Origin: an uncultured archaeon
Lineage (GTDB): Archaea > Aenigmatarchaeota > Aenigmatarchaeia > PWEA01 > JAGHBM01
Assembly (NCBI GenBank): GCA_964584335.1
Contig: CAZOZN010000002.1
Coordinates: forward strand, 162,974-226,973
Reading direction: 5' to 3'
DNA: 64,000 nucleotides
Positions within the stretch are counted from its first letter, which is position 1, and the number at the start of each line of letters is the position of its first letter. The notes beneath the pieces are model-generated. The model saw only the letters and a list, made by a program, of their open reading frames with translations, did not search any database and was not told the origin of the DNA. A program made the translations under genes and the position numbers. Below are positions 45,357 through 53,793 of this stretch, in pieces.

Positions 45357-47306
45357 GTGGTTGAAATTTTTGTAATTTTTTGTTGTCTTATGGGATTTTT
45401 GTTTGTTTTGTTTTTGTATAGAAAACTTAATGGATTTGAAAAAGGCAACAAAAGAATGGTGGAAATATCTGACTATGTTCATAACGGTGCAAAAACATTT
45501 CTAAAGGAAGAGTACAAATCGCTCCTGATATTCGTCTTTATTTTTTCTGTAATACTTTACTTTCTTGACTTTCGTTTATCACTGTCTTTTATATTGGGTT
45601 CATTTTTTTCTGCGCTGGCAGGAAATATAGGAATGAGAATGTCCACCTCTTCTAACACGAAGACTGCATACGCTGCAAGGAAAAGCCTTAAAAAATCTTT
45701 GAGGGTTGCTTTCTCATCTGGTTCTATAATGGGCATGACCACAGTGAGTCTGGGACTAATAGGCATTAGTTTGCTTTATATGGTTTTTGGAGATCCTAAC
45801 GTAATTTATGGTTATGCTTTTGGTGCTTCCATGGTTGCATTGTTTGCCAGAGTTGGTGGCGGGATATATACCAAGGCTGCTGACATAGGTGCTGATACAG
45901 TAGGCAAGCTAGAAAAAAACATGCCCGAGGACGACCCCAGAAACCCTGCCGTTATAGCTGACCAAGTGGGAGATAACGTGGGTGATGTTGCTGGAATGGG
46001 TTCAGACCTTTTTGAGAGCTACGTCGATGCGATTATAGCGACAATGGTAATGGGAGTTTCTATAATAGGTTTTGGCGACTTTGTCTTAATACCCTTATTG
46101 ATATCCGGTATAGGTATTTTATCCTCTATAATCAGTTATTTTCTTATATACCTGAACCTTGAAGGAGGCGTGGAAAACATGCTTGACAGGTGTGTTTATG
46201 GTTCTACTATTTTAACTGCATTGTTTTCCTTCCTGATAGTGGACTATCTTGCTGTTGGTATGCATATTTTTTATTCTATATTCACAGGACTTTTGCTGGG
46301 TTTGATAATAGGCAAATCCAGCGAGTACTATACATCAATGGATAGAAGTCCTACCATAAACATAGCTAAAGAAAGTCGCGCCGGTGCTGCCACCAATATA
46401 ATATCAGGTCTTGCCACGGGAATGGAAAGTAATATAGTTCCGGTCATATCGATAGGCGCGGCGATGGTAATTAGCTACGGCTTCGCCGGAATTTATGGAA
46501 TAGGCCTTGCCGCAGTTGGCATGTTTGCTAATCTGGGTACGACTCTCTCTATAGATTCCTACGGTCCCACAGTTGATAATGCGGAAGGCATAGCAAAGAT
46601 GGGTAAGTTAAGCAAGGTCGCAAGGAAAAGATGCGAAGAATTGGATGCTGTTGGCAACACCACGGCTGCTGTAGGCAAAGGATTTGCGATAGGTTCTGCA
46701 GCTCTTGCTTCACTCGCATTGTTTTCTTCTTACATAGAGGCAACCAATCTTAGTGTCATAAGTCTTGTTTCGCCTAAGGTTATAGCCGCTCTTTTCTTGG
46801 GAGGTCTTTTGCCGTTTTTGTTTTCTTCAATGACAATGAGGTCTGTAGGAAAGACGGCATCGAAGATAGTTCATGAATCAAGAAGGCAGCTGGAAGACAA
46901 GAAGATATTTTCTGGAAAGAAAAAACCAAATTACCAGAGATGCATAAAGATAAGCAGTGATGCTGCAATCCAGGAAATGATTTTACCAGGAGTTCTTGCG
47001 ATAGGTGCTCCTGTTGCTACGGGATTGATTTTGGGGGTGGAGGCTTTGGGAGGTCTTTTGGCGGGAACAATCACTACAGGCTTGTTGCTTGCTATAATGA
47101 TGGCCAATGCCGGCGGTGCATGGGATAACGCAAAGAAATATGTTGAACAGGGGCATCTCGGTGGAGAAGGTTCTGAAGTTCACAAGGCCACAATAATCGG
47201 GGACACGATAGGTGACCCATTTAAAGATACTTGCGGCCCTTCTCTTGATATATTGTTAAAGTTGATGTCGATAGTTGCGATAGTTTTTATACCACTTTTT
47301 ATATAA
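45357..47306 (+). CDS. hppA: Membrane ion-pumping pyrophosphatase, K+-dependent type (probably Na+-PPase)
   Basis: GGIYTKAADIGAD, EDDPRNPAVIADQVGDNVGD, DLFESY, GNTTAA (Ala marks the K+-dependent type), GGAWDNAKK, GDPFKDT. Confidence 0.95.
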   Translation: MVEIFVIFCCLMGFLFVLFLYRKLNGFEKGNKRMVEISDYVHNGAKTFLKEEYKSLLIFVFIFSVILYFLDFRLSLSFILGSFFSALAGNIGMRMSTSSNTKTAYAARKSLKKSLRVAFSSGSIMGMTTVSLGLIGISLLYMVFGDPNVIYGYAFGASMVALFARVGGGIYTKAADIGADTVGKLEKNMPEDDPRNPAVIADQVGDNVGDVAGMGSDLFESYVDAIIATMVMGVSIIGFGDFVLIPLLISGIGILSSIISYFLIYLNLEGGVENMLDRCVYGSTILTALFSFLIVDYLAVGMHIFYSIFTGLLLGLIIGKSSEYYTSMDRSPTINIAKESRAGAATNIISGLATGMESNIVPVISIGAAMVISYGFAGIYGIGLAAVGMFANLGTTLSIDSYGPTVDNAEGIAKMGKLSKVARKRCEELDAVGNTTAAVGKGFAIGSAALASLALFSSYIEATNLSVISLVSPKVIAALFLGGLLPFLFSSMTMRSVGKTASKIVHESRRQLEDKKIFSGKKKPNYQRCIKISSDAAIQEMILPGVLAIGAPVATGLILGVEALGGLLAGTITTGLLLAIMMANAGGAWDNAKKYVEQGHLGGEGSEVHKATIIGDTIGDPFKDTCGPSLDILLKLMSIVAIVFIPLFI

Positions 47307-47338
47307 TATTTTATAAAACAAAAACAGGGTGATAATTA

Positions 47339-49267
47339 ATGAGTAATTGGGTAGTTAAGGACGAAGAAAAGGATTTTTTTTGGCCGTCGGATGAGATGAA
47401 AAATAAGGCTAATGTTTCTGATTCTAATGTTTATGATGATGCACTTTCAGACCAGATCGGGTTTTGGTCTGAAAAAGCAAAGGAGCTTGAATGGTTTAAA
47501 GAATGGGATAAAGATTATGAGGATAATCCTCCAAATTTCAAATGGTTTGTCAACGGAAAAACTAACATATGTTATAACGCGGTGGACAGGCATCTTAATG
47601 ACAAGGGGGATAAAACTGCAATTATTTGGGTACCCGAAAACCAGGAAGAAACCCCAAGAAAGATAACTTATAAAGAGCTTCATGAGGAAGTCTGCAAGTT
47701 TTCTAATGTTCTAAAAGATTTGGGTGTCGGTAAGGGAGACAGGGTAGGAATATACATGCCAATGGTACCCGAAGTACAGGTGGCTCTTCTTTCCTGTGCC
47801 AGACTGGGTGCTATACACACCGTTGTTTTCTCTGCATTTTCTTCCGAGTCTCTTAAGGAGAGGATGGAAGATTCGGATGCAAAAGTCTTGATAACAGCGG
47901 ACGGTTATTACAGGAGAGGCAAGGAAATAGACCTAAAGAAAAAGGCAGACGAAGGAGTTGAAGGTACTGGTGTAGAAAAGGTTGTTGTTGTAAGGAGATT
48001 GAAGTCCGATGTAGATATGATGGAGGGAAGAGATTTTTTCTACGATGAAATAATCAAAGACAGCAATTCATCATTTAATGCAGAACACATGGAAAGCAAT
48101 AAAACTCTTTTCATATTATATACTTCCGGAACAACAGGCAAGCCGAAGGGGATTGTGCATGATACCGGAGGCTACATGGTACAGGCTTACCTTACAACAA
48201 AATGGATTTTTGATTTGCAGGACGACGACGTGTTCTGGTGTACTGCAGATATAGGATGGGTTACAGGACACACTTACTCATGTTACGGCCCTCTTCTTAA
48301 CGGCGGAACAATGTTAACCTTTGAGGGTTCTCCGGATTATCCTGATTTGGGTGCCTGGTGGAAGATAATAGAGGAACATGGAGTTACGATTTTTTATACC
48401 TCACCCACCGCAGTAAGGATGTTTAAGAAAGGAGGGGTTGAATTTATAAAAAAATATGATTTGAACACCCTTAGAATTCTTGGAAGTGTGGGGGAACCTA
48501 TAGACAAGGAGACGTGGCTCTGGTATTTCAAAGAAATAGGGGGAGAAAGATGCCCCATACTTGATACATGGTGGCAAACCGAAACCGGCGGAATACTTAT
48601 AACAGCACTTCCCGGTATAGGGCCGATAATACCGACTGTCGCAGGAAAACCTTTCCCAGGAGTAAGAATGGAAGTTGTTGATGAAGACGGAAAAAAGGTT
48701 GAAAAGGGGGAAGGTTTTGTAGTACAAAAGAAGCCTTTCGCTCCCGGTATGTTGAGAGGTGTTTACAAAAACCCGGAAAAATATCTCAGTACCTACTGGG
48801 AGAGGTATGGAAAAGATGTTTATTACCCCGCCGATGGCGCGATAATGATGGAGGGAGGCAACATAAAGATAACGGGCAGGTCCGACGATGTCATGAAGGT
48901 GGCCGGACACAGGATGTCCACGGCCGAGATGGAGGACGCAATAAACAGGAACCCAAACGTGGCGGAGTGTGCGGTCGTTTCGAAACCGGATGAAATAAAG
49001 GGCGAAGTGCCTATAGCATTTGTTATATTGAAGAATAGTGAAGACCCGGAAAAAATGAGAAAGGAAATAAAGAAAACAACGGACGAGCACATAGGACCAA
49101 TAGCGAGACCGAAGGAAATATACTTCGTGGAAGACGTTCCCAAAACACGTTCCGGTAAAATAATGAGAAGGATACTCAAGAGCATGCTTCGTGGTAGGGA
49201 ACTGGGCAACCTCAGCACGCTAAAGAACCCGGAATCGGTAGAAAAAGTAAAGGATGTTATCGGTTAG
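47339..49267 (+). CDS. acs: AMP-forming acetyl-CoA synthetase
   Basis: YTSGTTGKPKG, ADIGWVTGH, GSVGEP, DTWWQTETG, GHR, PKTRSGKIMRR. Confidence 0.95.
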   Translation: MSNWVVKDEEKDFFWPSDEMKNKANVSDSNVYDDALSDQIGFWSEKAKELEWFKEWDKDYEDNPPNFKWFVNGKTNICYNAVDRHLNDKGDKTAIIWVPENQEETPRKITYKELHEEVCKFSNVLKDLGVGKGDRVGIYMPMVPEVQVALLSCARLGAIHTVVFSAFSSESLKERMEDSDAKVLITADGYYRRGKEIDLKKKADEGVEGTGVEKVVVVRRLKSDVDMMEGRDFFYDEIIKDSNSSFNAEHMESNKTLFILYTSGTTGKPKGIVHDTGGYMVQAYLTTKWIFDLQDDDVFWCTADIGWVTGHTYSCYGPLLNGGTMLTFEGSPDYPDLGAWWKIIEEHGVTIFYTSPTAVRMFKKGGVEFIKKYDLNTLRILGSVGEPIDKETWLWYFKEIGGERCPILDTWWQTETGGILITALPGIGPIIPTVAGKPFPGVRMEVVDEDGKKVEKGEGFVVQKKPFAPGMLRGVYKNPEKYLSTYWERYGKDVYYPADGAIMMEGGNIKITGRSDDVMKVAGHRMSTAEMEDAINRNPNVAECAVVSKPDEIKGEVPIAFVILKNSEDPEKMRKEIKKTTDEHIGPIARPKEIYFVEDVPKTRSGKIMRRILKSMLRGRELGNLSTLKNPESVEKVKDVIG

Positions 49268-50610
49268 TCTGATTTAGAATATTCATAGAGGACTTTCAAT
49301 ACCTCTACGCACCTTTTAGGGGATGTGAAGCAAGGCATCCCGCCCTCTTCCAGTTTCATTTTCAATTTTTCAGTATATTCTCCACCTGCAGATACTATTG
49401 AAGTTGTCTTTCTTCCTGATAGTTTCAATATTTTATCCACTACATCTTTTTTTAACAGGGGCGGCTGGAACAGGAAAACGAGCGCTATCATGTCAACCTT
49501 TTTGTCTCTTATTGCATCTTCGTAACAAGCCTCGTACATTTCTGAGGTAACGTCTCCCGTAAGGTCTATTATATTTTCCATTGTTGCGTGCTTGGGTAAT
49601 ATTTTTCTTAGATTATTTTTGCTTTTTTTGCTGACTTTAGCAAGGCTCAATCCGAATTTTTCTGCCCAGTCTGATGTCAGTACACCGAAACCACCAGCAT
49701 CTGTTATTATTCTTAGTTTCCTGCCTTCTGGGAGTGGCTGGTTTGATATAGCTCTAGCAAGGTCAAACATCTGTTCCAAATCTTCCGCTTCAATTATTCC
49801 TGTCTGATTGAACACGCCGGAATATATTTTTGCGTTTCCTGCCAAAGCACCTGTGTGAGTTTTTGCCGATTTTCTGCCGCTTTCAGTTTTACCACCCTTG
49901 AGAACTATTACCGGCTTATTTATTTTTTTTGATACTTTGAAAAATTCTTTGCCGTCCTTCAATCCTTCTATGTATATACAAATTACTTTTGTTTCTTTAT
50001 CCTCATCCAAATGTTTCATCAATTCAGTAACGTCTACATCTGTTGCATTACCATAAGATATTGCCTTTGATATTTTGTATCCTTTCAGGGACATCCAGTC
50101 CAGTGTTATGCAAAGAGTTGCTCCGGATTGTGATATGAAACCAATGTTTCCCTTTTTTGGCCTTCCCATCCTTTCTTTTGGATTGAAGATGGTATCCAAA
50201 CCGAAATAAGGGTTATAAACTCCCATGCAGTTGGGCCCTATTACTCTTAGGTTATATTTTTTGATTACTTTTTTCAATTCTTTCTCTCTTTTAATGTTTC
50301 CGGCTTCTTTGAAACCTGCTGAAACTACTATGCAGTTTTTTATTTTTTTCTCTCCGCATTCTTCAAGAACATCATAAACATATTTTGCAGGTATTGCCAG
50401 AACAGCCAGGTCCACTTTTTTGTTTATATCGCTGACTTTTCTGTAACAGTCAATGCCCATTATTTTTTTGGCCTTGGGGTTTACCGGATATATTTCGCCC
50501 TTGAAATTTTCTTTGAAATTGTTTAATATTACATTTCCTATCTTGCCTTTTTTTCTTGAAGCTCCTATTATGCAAACTGACTCCGGCCTAAAAAATTTGT
50601 CTAAGGTCAT
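49264..50610 (-). CDS. acdA: ADP-forming acetyl-CoA synthetase, alpha subunit
   Basis: IIGAS, YPVNP, SAGFKE, IGPNCMG, ISQSG, catalytic His in HTGALAG, DLTGD. Confidence 0.9.
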   Translation of the reverse strand: MTLDKFFRPESVCIIGASRKKGKIGNVILNNFKENFKGEIYPVNPKAKKIMGIDCYRKVSDINKKVDLAVLAIPAKYVYDVLEECGEKKIKNCIVVSAGFKEAGNIKREKELKKVIKKYNLRVIGPNCMGVYNPYFGLDTIFNPKERMGRPKKGNIGFISQSGATLCITLDWMSLKGYKISKAISYGNATDVDVTELMKHLDEDKETKVICIYIEGLKDGKEFFKVSKKINKPVIVLKGGKTESGRKSAKTHTGALAGNAKIYSGVFNQTGIIEAEDLEQMFDLARAISNQPLPEGRKLRIITDAGGFGVLTSDWAEKFGLSLAKVSKKSKNNLRKILPKHATMENIIDLTGDVTSEMYEACYEDAIRDKKVDMIALVFLFQPPLLKKDVVDKILKLSGRKTTSIVSAGGEYTEKLKMKLEEGGMPCFTSPKRCVEVLKVLYEYSKSD

Positions 50611-50689
50611 AATAATCTTTCGTGATTGTAATATAATAAATTTATGTAAAGTTTATAAAAGATGCAAATAAAATATTTTTAGTGTTCGC

Positions 50690-51670
50690 ATGAATTTGAG
50701 TGATATGGCGATTATTGCGTCTATTGTTGCTGGCCTGGCTTCTGTTCCATTTGTAGCATCAACAATTTCTAATGATTACGGTCCCATAGGCGATATAATT
50801 TTAAACATGAGTTCTGATGAAATACCCGGTGAACTTTCAAGAAAAATAAGTGATGACAGGTTCGAGCAAAATTATAAGACACCATTTGGAAGATTTAAAA
50901 TAACTGTAATACCAACAGGAGTTTATCAGGAGCTTGTTAGGCCTGACAGAAAGATAATAATAGAAAATACTCCATATCATGATTCTTGGATTGTAATTAC
51001 AAGCGACTACAAATTAGTTATAAATAAAACTAGTGGAATGAAGGTTGAGAGATTTGAGAGCAAGGACGGTTTCATTGAAATAGTTGAATATATGGGCAAC
51101 AGAGATGAAGTAATCAAGGGCAATGTTCAAGATTACGAAGATGCAAAGAAAACACTAAAAGAGGAGCTGTCTAGAATTAATAAAATAAGAGAAAAATATA
51201 TGAATATACCCGGCACTGAGAATATTACTTCATCGGATAAAGTAAAAATAAATGAGGTATTGCCAAATCCGGATGATACACAAGATTGTAATGGTGATGG
51301 CAGTTTTACGGATTCTGGAGACGAGTTTATTGAATTGTATAACTATGGTGATGAGGATATAGATTTATCCGGTTGGAAAATAAGTGATAATAATGATTTG
51401 ACAATAGAAAGCGGAACTACGATAGAATCTGGTGATTTTGTTTATTTTGTTTCGGGTGACAAACAAGGCAATTATGGTAGTGAGTGGTCTGGTTCATGGC
51501 CTAATTTAAATAATGGCGGGGATGATTTGAAAATTTATAATAACAATGACTTACTCGTAGATGAAATAAATTATGCTTCCAGTACTGAAGGCAAATCATG
51601 GTCCAGAATACCTGATGGCAATGAGAGTTTTTGGGAAGTTGAACCAACACCCGGGTATACAAATAACTAG
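50690..51670 (+). CDS. Secreted or membrane-anchored protein with C-terminal lamin-tail domain (LTD)
   Basis: N-terminal hydrophobic helix; VKINEVLPNP..DEFIELYN..DLSGWKI..LNNGGD..SWSRIPDG..PTPG. Confidence 0.85.
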   Translation: MNLSDMAIIASIVAGLASVPFVASTISNDYGPIGDIILNMSSDEIPGELSRKISDDRFEQNYKTPFGRFKITVIPTGVYQELVRPDRKIIIENTPYHDSWIVITSDYKLVINKTSGMKVERFESKDGFIEIVEYMGNRDEVIKGNVQDYEDAKKTLKEELSRINKIREKYMNIPGTENITSSDKVKINEVLPNPDDTQDCNGDGSFTDSGDEFIELYNYGDEDIDLSGWKISDNNDLTIESGTTIESGDFVYFVSGDKQGNYGSEWSGSWPNLNNGGDDLKIYNNNDLLVDEINYASSTEGKSWSRIPDGNESFWEVEPTPGYTNN

Positions 51671-51894
51671 TCCAACTTTGAAATCAATTCTTCAAATTTT
51701 TTGTCTAATTTTATTTTAGTTCTTTTTGTCAGATTTTTATGAACCATGTAAGATGTTAAAACACCAACCATAATGTATAGATAAAGTAGAATTATTACAG
51801 TCCAGTAATTGAAAGGAAAAAATTGAAGAATAGCAGAACAAAGAGAAGCGATAGAAACTCCTATAAAGAGTCCTATCTTTAAACTCTGTTTCAT
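51667..51894 (-). CDS. Small two-TM hypothetical protein (75 aa)
   Basis: ATG 51894 lies 4 nt after GGTGA; MKQSLKIGLFIG... with two hydrophobic helices. Confidence 0.6.
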   Translation of the reverse strand: MKQSLKIGLFIGVSIASLCSAILQFFPFNYWTVIILLYLYIMVGVLTSYMVHKNLTKRTKIKLDKKFEELISKLD

Positions 51895-51905
51895 CTTGTC
51901 ACCAT

Positions 51906-53060
51906 TTAGTATAATCCGGCTTCCTTTTTTAATTTTTCGGCAAGGTCTGTTTTTTCCCAAGTGAATTCGGGACCTTCCCTTCCGAAATGCCCGTAACAAG
52001 AAGTTTTTCTGTAAACTGGTTTCATCAGGTCAAGCTGTTTTATTATTCCGGAAGGCGTCAAATTGAAATGACTGTTTACTATTTCTGTTATTTTTTTATT
52101 CTCGATTTTTTCTGTGCCGAAAGTATCTATCATAACAGACGTTGGCTTGCGGCCTCCTATTGCATATGAAAGCTGTATTTCACATTTTTCACATATCCCG
52201 GATGCCACTAAATTTTTTGCTATATATCTTGCCATGTAGGCAGCTGACCTGTCAACCTTTGTGGGATCTTTTCCCGAAAAGGCACCGCCTCCATGTCCTC
52301 CTGTTCCGCCGTAAGTGTCCGCTATTATCTTTCTTCCAGTCATTCCTGCATCTGCCACAGGACCGCCTATTACAAAACGTCCAGTGTTGTTTATGTAGTA
52401 TTTCGTACTATCGTTGAGCCAGTTGCAGCATACAGGTTTTATTAGCTTTTCTTTTATGTCTTTCTTTATCCTTTCCGTTTTTACATCCGTGTCGTGTTGT
52501 GTGGCTACCACTACGGAAGTTATGTATTTTGGAATACCTCTTTCGTACTTTACGCTTACCTGGGTTTTCCCGTCAGGCCTAAGGTATTTTATTTCACCGT
52601 TTTTTCTTAGCTCGGTAAGCTTTTTTGCCAATTTCTGCGCCAAAAGTATCGGCAGAGGCATAAATTCAGGTGTCTCATTTGTGGCATAACCACTCATCAT
52701 TCCCTGGTCTCCCGCTCCGCTTTCCTGACCATCGACTCCCATTGCTATGTCAGCAGATTGTTCGTGTATGCTAGTGAGGACACCTACTGTGTTATAATCA
52801 AATCCGTATTCAGGTCTGTCGTATCCTATATCACTTATTACTTTTCTTGCAATTTGGGAGTAGTTTATACTCGTGCGAGTACTTATTTCACCTGTTATTA
52901 TTACGAAACCCATTCCTACCATGGCCTCGCATGCAACCCTTGATTCAGGGTCTTTCTTTATAATTTCATCCAGTATGGCATCAGATATCTGGTCACATAC
53001 TTTGTCTGGATGACCTTCTGTCATAGCTTCTGAAGTGAAGACAAAATCACCTTTTTTCAT
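51906..53060 (-). CDS. metK: S-adenosylmethionine synthetase, bacterial/eukaryotic type
   Basis: [60 protein letters not shown]. Confidence 0.96.
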   Translation of the reverse strand: MKKGDFVFTSEAMTEGHPDKVCDQISDAILDEIIKKDPESRVACEAMVGMGFVIITGEISTRTSINYSQIARKVISDIGYDRPEYGFDYNTVGVLTSIHEQSADIAMGVDGQESGAGDQGMMSGYATNETPEFMPLPILLAQKLAKKLTELRKNGEIKYLRPDGKTQVSVKYERGIPKYITSVVVATQHDTDVKTERIKKDIKEKLIKPVCCNWLNDSTKYYINNTGRFVIGGPVADAGMTGRKIIADTYGGTGGHGGGAFSGKDPTKVDRSAAYMARYIAKNLVASGICEKCEIQLSYAIGGRKPTSVMIDTFGTEKIENKKITEIVNSHFNLTPSGIIKQLDLMKPVYRKTSCYGHFGREGPEFTWEKTDLAEKLKKEAGLY

Positions 53061-53686
53061 TTACAAACCACCTCTTTGTAGTATTTACAAATTTTCTTTA
53101 GCTGGCACTCATTGCATCTTGGACTTATTGGCCTGCATATTTCTTGACCAAATCTTACAAGACCCAAATTTATAAGGAATCTTTTTTTGCCTTTTATCTT
53201 TTTTTCCAAGGTTTTCCTAACTTCTTCTACGTCAGCTTCTTTTCTTACAATTCCCAGTCTTTTTGGTATTCTGTTCACATGAGTATCTACAGCTATTGTC
53301 GGTACCCCGAAACCGTATGAGAGCACTATGTCTGCGGTTTTGTACCCAACACCAGGCAAACTCATCAATTCTTCTCTTGTCATAGGAACCCGTCCCTTAT
53401 GGTCCTTCAAGATTATTTTTGATATTTCTTTTATCCTTTTTGCTTTTTGCCTGTACGGCCCGGAAGGCCTTATCAAATTTTCTATTTTTTTCAAAGGTAG
53501 CTTGCTTATGGTTCTCGGTGTTGAAGCTACTGAGAATAATCTCTTAGAGGCTCTTTCGGTGTTTTCGTCTCTGGTTCTCTGGGAGAGAACAGTTGATATC
53601 AAAAGCTTGAAATTATCCCCGTAGCCTATTTTTGGATAACCATATCTTTTTTCTAGGAAATTAATTATCTTGTCGATTTTTTCCAT
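53057..53686 (-). CDS. nth: Endonuclease III
   Basis: LSQRT, Hh[17 protein letters not shown]-x6-C-x2-C-x5-C. Confidence 0.95.
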   Translation of the reverse strand: MEKIDKIINFLEKRYGYPKIGYGDNFKLLISTVLSQRTRDENTERASKRLFSVASTPRTISKLPLKKIENLIRPSGPYRQKAKRIKEISKIILKDHKGRVPMTREELMSLPGVGYKTADIVLSYGFGVPTIAVDTHVNRIPKRLGIVRKEADVEEVRKTLEKKIKGKKRFLINLGLVRFGQEICRPISPRCNECQLKKICKYYKEVVCK

Positions 53687-53793
53687 AGTTAATTTTTATG
53701 TAATTTCCTAATAAAAGAAAGATATTTATGGCTCTTTAGATAATATTATCTCGGGAAAAAAGTCACATGTTAAAATATAACAGTGTTATATAA

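Noticed and set aside
48401-49218. 229-aa and 131-aa minus-strand ORFs
   Set aside because: Antisense shadows of acs with no recognisable motifs
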